Shown: positions 20,554 through 31,009 of the stretch, piece after piece
Position numbering within the stretch: the stretch's first letter is position 1
How the letters are laid out: every line of letters starts with the position of its first letter
Assembly: GCA_918797485.1 (NCBI GenBank)
Contig: CAKKNE010000006.1
Location: 930,001-994,000 of the forward strand
Length of the DNA: 64,000 bases
DNA from: Pelagomonas calceolata
Taxonomy: Eukaryota
Reading direction: 5' to 3'
Program-made: the position numbers and the translations under genes
The notes under the pieces: generated by a model
What the model saw: only the letters and a program-made list of their open reading frames with translations
The model's database searches: none
What the model was told of the DNA's origin: nothing

Positions 20554-20626
20554 CGCCAGCTTGTACTCCCACCTACGGCTGCCCGGGAACTGCCCAGCGC
20601 ATGGATGCTCCCTCGCGCATCAGAGC

Positions 20627-22645
20627 ATGGGGGTGATACGCGTGCTGCTGTTTCCGTGCGGCAGCGGCGTCGCCGAAGAACTGTTCGAGGGCTTGCATTT
20701 ACTACGAGACGTCGAGCTCGTGGGCGCGACCTCAAGGTCGGCCGAAGGCGACCACGGGCCCTGCCTCTACAACGAGTACATTACCGACGTGCCGCTCATC
20801 CGCGAAGGGGAGAAGTGTTTCCAAACTCTCCGCGCGATTGTCCGCGACCGGCGCATTGACGTCGTCTTTCCCTGTTACGATGATGCGATCCCGTACCTCG
20901 CGGCGCGGCGCGACTCGCTGGGTTGTGCGCTATCGGCGCCGTCGCTGGAGACGTGTCTCGTGACGCGCTCGAAGCGCCTCACGTACGAACGTTTGGCGCC
21001 CCTCGGCGTCCGGTGCCCAGCGGTGTATGAAGCAGGCGCCGCAGTGTACCCGTGCTTCGTCAAGCCCGAGCGCGGCCAGGGTAGCCAATCCTCGGTCGCG
21101 TGCGGCGACGCGGCCGCACTCACCGAGGCGATGCGCGCGTGCGCGGACCCGCTCGTCTGCGAGCTGCTGCCGGGCGAGGAGTACACCGTGGACTGTGCTT
21201 CCGATAGGGACCGGGGTTTGGTCTGGTACGGGGCGCGGCGGCGAGTTCGCGTGAGAGCCGGCCAGTCCGTCTGCACGGAGTGGTGCGATTTCCAAGGAAC
21301 GCCGGACGGCGATACCGTCAAACGGTACGCGACCCTCATCTCCGACGCGTTCGGTATGAGGGGGGGCTGGTTCTTCCAGCTCAAGCGCAACGCGGCGGGC
21401 GAGCTTGCGCTGCTGGAGGTCGCGCCGCGGCTCGCGGGCGCCGCTGGCCTCGCGCGGTGCCTGGGCGCGAACCTCGCGCAATTGACTCTTCTTGAGATCC
21501 GGAGGGACGCAGCGTGGTCGGTCATGACAAACATTACGTGCTACGCGCCGCGCCTGCGCATGGATAAGGCGTACGCGACCATGCTCGTGCCGGACGCGGC
21601 GGCCGGTGGCGCCACGCCAGGGGCCGCCTACGACACCGTCGTCGTTGACCTCGACGACACGCTCGTCCTGGGACGTGGAGCCGGCCAGCGCGTTAACGTC
21701 GCGCTCGTTGCATTCCTCTTCCAGGCGCGCAATGCGGGCAAGAAGCTCGTCCTCGTCACGCGCTCGGCGAGCGACGTCAGCGTCGTGCTTGCACGGCACG
21801 CGCTCACCGAACTCTGGGCCGAAATTCATCATCTTCGGGGCGGCGAGCCCAAATCCGCGCACGTCCCTCCAACCGCGATCTTCGTCGACGACAGCTTCGC
21901 CGAGCGCCGCGAGGTGGCGGCGGCGACCGGTGTGCCGACGTTCGACGCGACTATGGTCGATGCCCTCGTCGACCGCCGGCTCTGGCGCGCCGCGCCCGCC
22001 ACGTCCGATTCACCGGAAGCGTGCCCGACGCGGTACGAGGTCCGCGACTGCCTGACAGATACGCGAGCGACCGGCGTCACCGTCGCTGCGATCGACGTCG
22101 TCCTCCTCGACGCGCTGCGCGCGCGCGTAGCGTTGCACCTCGACGACCTTGCCGCGCGGCTTCTCGCCGCCCCGGGGGCGGCGCTAGACGTCGCCCCCGA
22201 GATATGGGCAGGCCTACGCGGCGCGCTCCGGCGCGCCAGCGCCCCCACGGCGGTCGTGGACGACGTCCACACGCTCGACGTGGACCCGAGGTCCGGCGCG
22301 ACGATCGTCGCCGACCTCTGCGCCGACAACTCCGAGAGCATCGCCGGCGGTGCCTATCGCTACATCGCCTGTACCGAGGTCCTCGAGCACACGGCCGCGC
22401 CCTGGGCCGCCGTCGTCGAGCTTGCGCGCCTGCTCGCCCCCGGCGGCCTCCTCTACCTCTCCGTGCCCTACAACTTCCGGATACACGGTCCCCTGCCGGA
22501 CGCGTGGCGCATCAACGAGCACGGCATTCGCCACCTCGCCCGCCACGCAGGCCTCGAGCTTGTGGAGCTCAGCGCGTTAGAGACGCCCGGTCGGCCGCTC
22601 CACCCGGTTCACTACACCGTGGTCCTCGCAAAAGACCCCAGTTAG
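20627..22645 (+). CDS. ATP-grasp + HAD-like phosphatase + class I methyltransferase fusion (no signal peptide)
   Basis: 'VLLFPCGSGVA', 'FVKPERGQGS', 'ELLPGEEYTVD', 'WFFQLK..LLEVAPRLAG'; HAD 'VVDLDDTL..IFVDDSFAER'; methyltransferase 'CTEVLEH..LAPGGLLYLSVPYNFRIHGPLPDAWR'. Confidence 0.8.
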   Translation: MGVIRVLLFPCGSGVAEELFEGLHLLRDVELVGATSRSAEGDHGPCLYNEYITDVPLIREGEKCFQTLRAIVRDRRIDVVFPCYDDAIPYLAARRDSLGCALSAPSLETCLVTRSKRLTYERLAPLGVRCPAVYEAGAAVYPCFVKPERGQGSQSSVACGDAAALTEAMRACADPLVCELLPGEEYTVDCASDRDRGLVWYGARRRVRVRAGQSVCTEWCDFQGTPDGDTVKRYATLISDAFGMRGGWFFQLKRNAAGELALLEVAPRLAGAAGLARCLGANLAQLTLLEIRRDAAWSVMTNITCYAPRLRMDKAYATMLVPDAAAGGATPGAAYDTVVVDLDDTLVLGRGAGQRVNVALVAFLFQARNAGKKLVLVTRSASDVSVVLARHALTELWAEIHHLRGGEPKSAHVPPTAIFVDDSFAERREVAAATGVPTFDATMVDALVDRRLWRAAPATSDSPEACPTRYEVRDCLTDTRATGVTVAAIDVVLLDALRARVALHLDDLAARLLAAPGAALDVAPEIWAGLRGALRRASAPTAVVDDVHTLDVDPRSGATIVADLCADNSESIAGGAYRYIACTEVLEHTAAPWAAVVELARLLAPGGLLYLSVPYNFRIHGPLPDAWRINEHGIRHLARHAGLELVELSALETPGRPLHPVHYTVVLAKDPS

Positions 22646-22668
22646 CTACGAGGGGTAATATATGAGTA

Positions 22669-24030
22669 CTATAAACACAGGGAAGTTGCGCGGTCGACCA
22701 CGCCGGCCCGATCCTTCTCCAACGCCGCCTCGGCCCGGTCCAGCTCGGCGAGGCGCACCCGCAGAGCGTCGCGCTCTGTTCCAATGGTGCGGAGTGCGGC
22801 AGCGTAGTGTGACGTGTCGAATTCGCGGGGCGCGAGCGGCGGCGCTGCGGCGTAGTCGCGCCGATGGTCGCGGACGTCGCACAAGGCAGCGACGACGCGT
22901 TCGACGTCGGCGGCGGAGACGACTGTGCCCGTGGGCAGGATCAAGATGTCGCTGTTCAACGCATCCGTCGTTTCTAAATCAAGAGCCGGGCAGTCGAGGA
23001 ACGGCCGCTGCTTGTGAACGCCGGGAAAGAAGTAGCGCTTCGCGTGGACGCCGCGGTCCCGGAGCGCGCGCATGACCGCGTCCCGGTTCAGCCCGAATGC
23101 CGGTCGGACGCGCACGATGACGTACGCGTGCGTATCCCGTTCGTCGTCAAGGCGCGGCTCGTTCCAGTACGTCACCAAATTTGGAATGAGGCCGCGCCGC
23201 CGCAGCGCGTCGCCATAAGCGCGCGCGACGCGCCGATATATGGAAATGGTCGCATCCACACATCGCAAATGCCTCAGCGCGAGCGCGGCGTGCGGCTCAC
23301 TGAGCTTCGCGTTCGTGCCGCCGTGCGCAATAGTGTCCTGGCCGGCGAAGCCGAAGTTGCGCGTGGATATGACGCGCGCAGCGAGCGTTGCGTCGTTCGT
23401 CGCCACGAGGCCGCCCTCGAACGAGTTGAGGAGCTTGGTCGCGTGAAGGCTGAAGACCTCGGCCCGGCCGCGCCCGCCACAAAACGCACCGTCGGCGTGG
23501 CGCGCGCCGAAGGCGTGCGCCGAGTCGTAGACTACGGGCCAGCCGCGCGCCGCCGCAAAGGCTTCGAGCGACGCCGCGTCGCCCGCGCGGCCCCACAGGT
23601 GCGCGGCGACGACCGCTCGCGTTTTGTTTGTTGCCGCTCTCGCGAGCATCTCGGGCGTCGGGAAATGCGTTGCCTCGTCCACGTCCACGAACACCGGCTT
23701 GAGGCCCGCGTTTCGCACCGCGTGCGCCGTCGCGACGAATGTGAACGATGGCAGCAGCACCTCGGCGCCCGGGGCGAGGTCGAGCGCGCGCAGCGCGAGT
23801 TCCAGCCCAATCGTGCCGTTGGCCACCGCGACGACGTACGCAACTCCTAAATACTCGGCCGCTGCCCTTTCCAATCGCACGACGAACGGGCCGTGGTTCG
23901 TGAGCAGCCGTGTGGAGAGGATTTCTGTGATATCCTTCAGGAAGCCCTCCACGTCCAGCACGTTCGGCCGCCCGACCACGAGCGGCTCTTCCGGTGGCGC
24001 CGGCGGGGGCAGCCCGTTCTCCGCGGCCAT
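22669..24030 (-). CDS. DegT/DnrJ/EryC1/StrS PLP-dependent NDP-sugar 4-aminotransferase (DesI/VioA-like)
   Basis: 'VGRPN', 'LTNHGPFV', 'PSFTFVATAHA', 'HLWGR', 'YDSAHAFG', 'VFSLHATKLLNSFEGG' (PLP Lys), 'NFGF..GTNAKLSE'. Confidence 0.92.
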   Translation of the reverse strand: MAAENGLPPPAPPEEPLVVGRPNVLDVEGFLKDITEILSTRLLTNHGPFVVRLERAAAEYLGVAYVVAVANGTIGLELALRALDLAPGAEVLLPSFTFVATAHAVRNAGLKPVFVDVDEATHFPTPEMLARAATNKTRAVVAAHLWGRAGDAASLEAFAAARGWPVVYDSAHAFGARHADGAFCGGRGRAEVFSLHATKLLNSFEGGLVATNDATLAARVISTRNFGFAGQDTIAHGGTNAKLSEPHAALALRHLRCVDATISIYRRVARAYGDALRRRGLIPNLVTYWNEPRLDDERDTHAYVIVRVRPAFGLNRDAVMRALRDRGVHAKRYFFPGVHKQRPFLDCPALDLETTDALNSDILILPTGTVVSAADVERVVAALCDVRDHRRDYAAAPPLAPREFDTSHYAAALRTIGTERDALRVRLAELDRAEAALEKDRAGVVDRATSLCL

Positions 24031-24169
24031 GGTTCGGCAGATGGTGCAAGCCAGCCAGAGACCACCCTGCAGGCCTGGGGCTGCCAGCGGATGCCCAGCG
24101 CAGCGAGGCAGGCAGCAGCTGATATAGAAGGCAGGTGAGCTGAATAGCTCGATTGCGCGGGCAGCCGAC

Positions 24170-25751
24170 ATGCCCGGCCACCGTGCCTATCGCGCATGGT
24201 TCGTCATTGCAGCCGTGGTTAGTCTAGAGGTGCTTCTTGGGAGAGATCGCACCGTCGTCGACTATGACGGCGGCGACAACGAGGCGCGCGCGCTATTCTT
24301 CTGCATGAATCACGGGGTGGGCGAGGACGAGAACTGCGTGGAACGCCTCGTCCTGGCCGCCCGCGAGCGGAACGAGACGTACAAGAAGGAGAAGACGCCG
24401 TCTTGCGACTACCAGGACACGGATTGCGTGCGCACGTGTGGCTCCCACGACACCAAGGTCGGCGGCGACAACCGGGCGACCATCGAGGCCTTTAGCGAGT
24501 ACGACGACTACTTCGACGCGGAGCCCTGGCGGCCGCAGGGCCAAGACATGGTCGACGCGGTCTACAAGCACATTGTCGAGGACGAGGCGGGTTATGTCGT
24601 GTTCCCACGCTATTTGACGGAGGACCAGACGCGCCAGATGCGCGAGGAGCACGACCGGCTCTTCAACGGCGGCGATTGCGTGCAGCGGCCCGACTCCGAC
24701 GCGGGCGTGGGGACAATATGGGCGGCCGAGGCGTACAGTCCGGTCATCGACGCGTTCGCCGCCGACGAGTCGTTGCGTGCGGCAGCAATCAAGGTCATGA
24801 ACCAGTCCGAGCACGGACGCGCGCTCCTCGCAGAAGGATTCGTCGAGGTGACCAGCACCGCGTTTTATCAGAACATGGCCGCGTGCTCCTACGAGAACGA
24901 GTACGCGAGCCCCCTCTGCGGAATCGTCTCCGTCTCGCCCGCGTTGGCCTCCGCGTTGGAATCTCTGGATCGTCCGCGGGCGTCCCCGGAGCGACAGTCG
25001 ATCTCGACGCAGGTCGGGATACCACCTCGACCACCTCAACATTGGCGTCAAGTCGCTCCTGTACTTGAATGATGTCCGCGGACCGTGTTGAAATCGATGC
25101 CGTGTTGAAATCGATGCTACCCAAAGGGGGCAATCGTCGCCGCAGGTTCGCAAGGAGGAGGGTCCATTCGTGGTCCTGAAAGACTACCCCGAGATCGAAA
25201 ACGAGTGGGGCTTCGCCCAGCCGGATCCGCGGGTACTGCCGGTGTGCGTCGGCGAGGTGGAGTCCACGGGGAAGCGCCCGCTGCAGTTCTCGGAGGACCA
25301 CGTTGCGGACCTGGTCCAACGGAGAAAAGCAAGAGCGGTTGAGATCCATGCGCCCGCGGGCTCGGTCGTCCTCTTCGACATGCGGCCCGTGCACACCGGC
25401 AAGGGCCTGGTGAATTCGACACGCATGTCAGTCGCGAATCGGCGTCGAAGTTTCGCTCGCGAAGGATCCGCGGCATTGCCGCGGTGTCGAATGCGACTCC
25501 CCTTTTTTTCTTCAGCGTCAAACGATTCCACTTTGATGTCGCAGGTCACGAACATGTACGGGATCTACCCGTCGCGCGTCCGACGCGAATTCCCCGGCGA
25601 GTCCGTCAAGGAACACATCCACCGCGTCTTTTCGACCGCCAAAACCACGGACAGTGTCGCCAAGTTTGCCGAGCACGCTGCGCTGGAGGGCGGCTACGTG
25701 CCAAGCTGCGAGCAGATGTCCACGTGGCGGGGACCCGGGCTGCACGTTTGA
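24170..25751 (+). CDS. Secreted PhyH-like 2OG-Fe(II) dioxygenase, 4 exons
   Basis: Proposed join(24170..24900,25013..25073,25146..25430,25545..25751), all GT-AG. Splicing restores 'SGYHLDHLNIGVKSLLYLNDVRKEEGPF..APAGSVVLFDMRPVHTG..RMSVTNMY' (HxD...H triad), which the ORF track does not show. Confidence 0.8.
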
Positions 25752-26215
25752 GGGCCCTCTCTTGTGCGTGGCACCTGAGGCCGGTGGGCTTAGGCAGTGG
25801 GCTTACTAAAAAAAGTGTGTGTAGTAGTATCACTGCCAGTGGCATAGCCTCCGGGATTATATATCTATATATATATTGTCCCATCCTAGCCCTAAGCAAA
25901 GCAATTGTTTATTTAAAAAGGAAGTTATAAAAGGTATAAAAAGGGGCCCGGATAGTAGGTAGATTGCTACCATACTTGTAGCTCAGAAATACCTCCTAAT
26001 GGGTGTTCAGCTGGCTCTAACGGGCCCGGCCGGCGTCTGAGTGTCTGGCCCAGGTCGCAGTGGATGCTACTACATTGCTAGCTACTAAGCTAGGAAGTAG
26101 GCTAGCCTGAGGTAGGAAGTAGGGAGTAGAGGTGGGACTCGGACTCGGAAGTAGACTACTTGTAGTAGGTGGCCTTGCAGCCCTAGCTCCAAGCAAAGTT
26201 ACAAGGGGAAGACAA

Positions 26216-28777
26216 TTAAGCTGAGCTCTCTTCTGAGCGGGGGGCAGAAGACGGCTTCTGCGCCAGCACGATCTGGTGCCACGGGTCCTGGAGAGTCATG
26301 ACCTCGAGGTCGTAGCCGAGACAGCCCTCAACGGCCTCCTGGAGCAGATCGAAGTCCCAGACGTGCCAGTGTCCCCTGTTCTCGTCGACGCCGCAGGAGG
26401 CATCGCCCGCGTCCACGCCAGGCGCGCATCGCGAGAAGAGGTCCGAGCGGTTCAACTTGGGCCACACAAGAAGAAGCTGCTCCGCGTGGCGCGAGAGGAT
26501 CTTGGCGTCGAAGGATGCGTCGCGCTGAGCGAGATGAACGAGCTGCTGCATGGTGGCCGGCTCCCGCCGCGCGTCGTAGTCGACGTTTGGCGCCCAGGGC
26601 AGGAGCAACAGCATCCACCCCCCGGGTTTCAATTTCCGGTCCCACTCGCGCAGCGCGCCAATCGGGTCCAACATGTGCTCGAGGACGTGCGACGCCATAA
26701 TCACGTCGTAAGCAGCGTCTGGCACTCCAACTAGCCGCGCCGCGTGGCGCTGGTACGTCGTGCCCATGACCGTGCCCATGGGCGCGAAGGGATGGCCGTC
26801 AAAGTCGCCCTCCTCCGGGTATGCTCCCCACTGGTGCATGAGCGCGAAGATGTTCCGCTCCGCGACGTTGTCGGCGCGCGCGACGGAGTCGTAGATGAAC
26901 CCGGCGTGGGGCGTCGGCCCGCCGATCTCGAGCAGCGATGCGTTGAGACCAAAGTCAAACCTCGGATTCTGCGTCAAATGGTCCGGCGCGCGCGAGTTCC
27001 ATTCGTAGCGACGCCGCGCAGAGAGGCGGTAATGTTCGTTTGGACAAACGGCGCGGAGCTCATAATCTGCTGCCATTTGAATCGAAGCATTTGGTTGGGC
27101 TTGCTGCTTGCACTCAGCTTCAAAGAACGTGCGCGACGGAGGGCTGAGTGTCGGCGCAATCTGCCGCCAGAGGGCGTGGCGCCACATGTCGGCGCAATCG
27201 CCGGGCGGTGCGGGGGGCGCTGCGCGGAGGGCGTCGGCGACGGCCACGGCCTCGTCCGTCGCGCCGCGGCCGCAGGCGGCGAAGGTGGCTGCGACGGCGC
27301 AGCCGCCAGGCCGGGCCGTACTTAAGGCGGCACGGATTGCTTCAGCCCGCGGCGCATGCGCACGAGGCGGGAGCAGGACGGCCAGTTCCGACGTATCTCG
27401 CGCGTGGTCGAGCGCGGCCGCCGCCAGCCCGGCGACGCCGAAGCAGCTCTCGCACGCCGCAACACGTATCCTCCGCAGTAGCCCGAGCCGCCGCAGTGCC
27501 TCGCGCGTCGCCGGGCCGAAGCGCTGCCAGAACGCGTTGCGCTGTTCCGGCGTCGCGACGACGACCGTCAGCGTCGAGAACGCGTGCCGCACCACCATGG
27601 ACACGAAGAGCGGCGCCAGCGCGGCGAAGTCCGGACCCACTGCCGCGTAGGTTACGAAGGCGGTCGCCCGCGACGCGCGCCAGGCGGCGACGCCGGGTCC
27701 GAAGCGCGCCGGGATGCCTCGGCACCATGCGCCGTACGCGTAGCTCTCGTTTGCCGGCGAAGATAGGCTCGCTAACGCCGCCTTCGCGACGGTATCAGCA
27801 TCATCCTCCAGCACGCGAATCCACGAAGACGGGTATTCGCGCGCCTCGCCGTGCCCGAACGCCGTCAGGACCACTCGCGCGCCAAACATGGCGAACTCGC
27901 ATACGCCCGCTTCCAGACCGGGCAGATGCAAATCGACGTAGACCGAGGTCCTCTCGAAAAGCGCGTAGGCCTCCTCTCTGGAAAATCCCGAGAACCGGAC
28001 CGCCCGCGCCGTATTGGGAGACGCGCGGTCGAGGGCACGCTGGAGCGTTTTGACGTCCAAGTCCACGTCGTCGTCGAGGACGACGACCGCACGGCCTTCT
28101 TCGTTCATCTTCCGCGCCGCCCTTTCTGCGTCGCCGCTTGCGAGCCAAGCCGTCGCGCGATGTACCAGAGCGGCCTCGAGCGGCCACACGCTTACGGGGC
28201 CCGGACCGGCGCCGCCGAAAGTGTCGTGGAGGTACGACGAGGCTCCGATGTGGACGGATATCTCCTCCGACACGCGGTCGCCCCAGTCCTGGGCCGCCCC
28301 CAGCATCCACCGCGCGATCACGCCGCCGCGCTGCTCGAGCGCTTGCACGTTTCTTGCCACGTCACGCGCATCGGACCTACCCTGCGAATGAGGGATATGC
28401 GCGTCAAACGGAATCGGCACGAACTCGGGCGCGACTTCGGGCGCGACGAGCGTGTCGTCTCTGTCCAGTCCCCGCGCCCAGAGCGCTGCTACTTCATCCA
28501 ACGTCATGTTGGCCGCCGCTGCGAGCGCCGGAGGTCCGACCACATGGGCGAGCTTGGGATTTACATACGCCATCCTACATTTCGCCCCCTGCCGCAGCAA
28601 CTCGCCACACAGATCGTGCATCGCCGCGCCGCCGGCGCTTGCGTAGCGCAGCTGCGGCTGGTACACGTACCAAGTGCCGCTCGTTGCTCGTGCCTCTCCT
28701 CCCGCCTCGAGGACCGCGCTCGAGGAGCCGTCCGCGCTGCTGGAGGCGAGCGCGAGGCACAGGAGGCCGACCCGCAT
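26216..28777 (-). CDS. Secreted GT-B-like domain + class I (Methyltransf_11-like) methyltransferase
   Basis: 'AGGAAMHDL', 'VYVDLHLPGLEAGVCEFAMFG'; C-terminal 'LLEIGGPT..ASHVLEHMLDPIGALREWDRKLKPGG..HWHVWD'. Confidence 0.8.
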   Translation of the reverse strand: MRVGLLCLALASSSADGSSSAVLEAGGEARATSGTWYVYQPQLRYASAGGAAMHDLCGELLRQGAKCRMAYVNPKLAHVVGPPALAAAANMTLDEVAALWARGLDRDDTLVAPEVAPEFVPIPFDAHIPHSQGRSDARDVARNVQALEQRGGVIARWMLGAAQDWGDRVSEEISVHIGASSYLHDTFGGAGPGPVSVWPLEAALVHRATAWLASGDAERAARKMNEEGRAVVVLDDDVDLDVKTLQRALDRASPNTARAVRFSGFSREEAYALFERTSVYVDLHLPGLEAGVCEFAMFGARVVLTAFGHGEAREYPSSWIRVLEDDADTVAKAALASLSSPANESYAYGAWCRGIPARFGPGVAAWRASRATAFVTYAAVGPDFAALAPLFVSMVVRHAFSTLTVVVATPEQRNAFWQRFGPATREALRRLGLLRRIRVAACESCFGVAGLAAAALDHARDTSELAVLLPPRAHAPRAEAIRAALSTARPGGCAVAATFAACGRGATDEAVAVADALRAAPPAPPGDCADMWRHALWRQIAPTLSPPSRTFFEAECKQQAQPNASIQMAADYELRAVCPNEHYRLSARRRYEWNSRAPDHLTQNPRFDFGLNASLLEIGGPTPHAGFIYDSVARADNVAERNIFALMHQWGAYPEEGDFDGHPFAPMGTVMGTTYQRHAARLVGVPDAAYDVIMASHVLEHMLDPIGALREWDRKLKPGGWMLLLLPWAPNVDYDARREPATMQQLVHLAQRDASFDAKILSRHAEQLLLVWPKLNRSDLFSRCAPGVDAGDASCGVDENRGHWHVWDFDLLQEAVEGCLGYDLEVMTLQDPWHQIVLAQKPSSAPRSEESSA

Positions 28778-29180
28778 GGCTTGTTTATTCCTTTTTCTCG
28801 GCGACTGCCCCCATCAGCGCGAACTTCTGCAAGTACTCTGGCTTCACGAAGGGGAAATCGGCGGCCAGGCGCTCCTTGTGAAACTCCACACTATGCGCCA
28901 CTTCCCGAGAGAGGCGCGCGGTGCGCGCTTCGGAAGTCTCAGCCTCCGAGCTGCCCTTCCGCCCTGCGTGCTCCATTCGTCCTGCCCAGGAGCGCTCGTT
29001 CGACGTATTCGGCACGGCACAACCCTGGGAACCCGAAGCCACCTGCAGCTGGGCGTCGCGCGCGGCTCCGCTGCGGCGCTGCAACTGAGCTGCAATGTGT
29101 TGTGATTGATTGATGCCCTGATGATGGCCACGTCGACGCGGCGGCTTGTTGTGGGCAGCTAAAGCAGCCCCACCTGAATC

Positions 29181-30173
29181 ATGAGATGGAGGAATGTGGC
29201 CGCCTGCCTCGCGGTAAGCCTCGACGCGCTCCGGCTCGAGATCACGGTCGACGACACCACCGAGTTCCTAGACTTCGACCGCTGCTCGACCGAGCTGGAG
29301 CTGGTAGGCATCGCGCACGCGTTCGTGCACCGCACGGACCGGACGTTGCTCGCGACTCACCCAGACGATCGGGCCGCCTCGCAAGAAATCGTAAACCACA
29401 TGACGCGGATGCAGGCCGACGCCGCGGGCCCGCCGTGCGCTGCCGCGCCGCTGCCCGCTGGCGCGCTCCCGCCCGTCTGGACCTGGGCGGACGCCCACGC
29501 GCTCGCGGCCCAGGGCAAGCTCCGGCTCAATTTCGGGGGAGGCGCTGCGAACGACTTCCACGCCTTCGACGACCGGTATACAGGGTGGGTCGCCGTCGAG
29601 GGGCCTAACGACCCGGACGGCCACGACTACGGCTTCTGCTTGGATGGGAAAGAGAGCTGCGGCAAGCCGTGGTGCCTCTGCCGGGACCTGACGCGGGAGC
29701 GCTTTCCGCTCGACGACGGGTCCGTCGCCTCCATACTAACCGAGCACGCGCTCGAGCACATCAAGTGGGAGTACTGGCCGCACATTCTTCGCGAGTTCCA
29801 TCGAATCTTGCGCGTGGGTGGCGTCGCGCGCGTTGCGCTCCCGGACTACCACGCACCGGGCGCCGTCCGCCGCGTATTCTGGAACACAACGGTGGCCGCC
29901 GAGCACAGGATCCTTGGGGGTCACCACGCGTTCACGTCATTTGCTTCCGTGCGACCTTTTGTCGAGGCGTCGCCATTTGAGGCCGTCTACTGGCTCCACT
30001 ACTGGGACGGGAGTGCCCTGGATGGACGACCGCCGTCGGAGGACGAGCCGCTGCCCTTCACGCGCAACCCGATTGACTACGGCCTCGGGTTCGTGAAGCG
30101 GACGCCGGACCATCCGACCATGAACGAGGGCGTCACGTCCGTCGTCGTCGACCTCGTCAAGCTGGCCCGATGA
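29181..30173 (+). CDS. Secreted class I SAM-dependent methyltransferase
   Basis: Signal peptide; 'LRLNFGGG', 'DLTRERFPLDDGSV..TEHALEHI..EFHRILRVGGVARVALPD'. Confidence 0.85.
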   Translation: MRWRNVAACLAVSLDALRLEITVDDTTEFLDFDRCSTELELVGIAHAFVHRTDRTLLATHPDDRAASQEIVNHMTRMQADAAGPPCAAAPLPAGALPPVWTWADAHALAAQGKLRLNFGGGAANDFHAFDDRYTGWVAVEGPNDPDGHDYGFCLDGKESCGKPWCLCRDLTRERFPLDDGSVASILTEHALEHIKWEYWPHILREFHRILRVGGVARVALPDYHAPGAVRRVFWNTTVAAEHRILGGHHAFTSFASVRPFVEASPFEAVYWLHYWDGSALDGRPPSEDEPLPFTRNPIDYGLGFVKRTPDHPTMNEGVTSVVVDLVKLAR

Positions 30174-30228
30174 CACGCGGGGGATCTCAAGTCCATAAAA
30201 TAAAGATGTATAGATATTCAAGGTACAT

Positions 30229-30277
30229 CCCCTGGGGGGAGACACCGCGCGACGCCGATTCATCGGCGGCGGGCGCG
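30229..30277 (+). repeat. ~50-bp hairpin-containing dispersed repeat (inverted copy at 43651..43700)
   Basis: CCCCTGGGGGGAGACACCGCGCGACGCCGATTCATCGGCGGCGGGCGCG matches the reverse complement of 43651-43700 nearly perfectly. Confidence 0.85.
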
Positions 30278-30648
30278 ATCCGCTTCTTTCATAACAGCGT
30301 ACCTCCTTCTAAGCAGAACCGCCTCGGCAAACACAGGCTCAGGCTCAGGCTAGTTACGTCGCAGGGTTCCCCGTACCCCTCCCGCTCCCAAACACCCCCC
30401 TAGTGCATCTATCCCTAGCCTAGCTCTCCTCCGCGCATACCAGCTTGAGCCCCGAGCCTCTGAGCTCGCGGGTTTCTACGTCGACAGCGTTTGCATACCA
30501 GCTACTGCCCGGCGACTCCCCCCCATCGGGACAGAGGCAAACAACTTAAAAAAGCAGGCGGCACCCCTCTCGATATTAGTTGGGTAGTCTGCTCGTCGTG
30601 CGAGCAGCCGCCTGCGTTTACAAACCGCGCATAGCATTAGGGTAGCAA

Positions 30649-30990
30649 ATGGCCGCGCTCGCCGCGCCGGCAACGGGCACGCCGCGCAGCGGCTCCGCCA
30701 GTGGTCACCTAGGCGGCACGCTCACGCACTGCTTCTGCGTGGGCTTCGAGGACTACAGCGCATGTTTTTTTAGTCAAACGGGCGGCGTCGGCCGCGTGGT
30801 CGTCGCCGACGGCGCGGCGACAACGACGAAAATGGGCGGCGGCGTCGACGACGGCGGCCTCGCGGATCTCCTCGCGCGCAAGATCTCCGAGGTCGCCCGC
30901 CGGCGCGTGGTCATGACGCTCGCCGTGCGCAACTTGCGGTCGCTCGACGACGTGCGGTCGCTCGTGGAACTCTTCGAGCGCGCGCGATAG
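30649..30990 (+). CDS. PSMG3: Proteasome assembly chaperone 3-like
   Basis: 113 aa; 'GTLTHCFCVGFEDYSACFFSQTGGVGRVV..LLARKISE..RRVVMTLAVR' parallels the PAC3 pattern (PTQVVCTAF..VTQFGKMGTLV..RAVLLAVAVK). Confidence 0.65.
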   Translation: MAALAAPATGTPRSGSASGHLGGTLTHCFCVGFEDYSACFFSQTGGVGRVVVADGAATTTKMGGGVDDGGLADLLARKISEVARRRVVMTLAVRNLRSLDDVRSLVELFERAR

Positions 30991-31009
30991 TGGTAAATGT
31001 CAAACGAAG

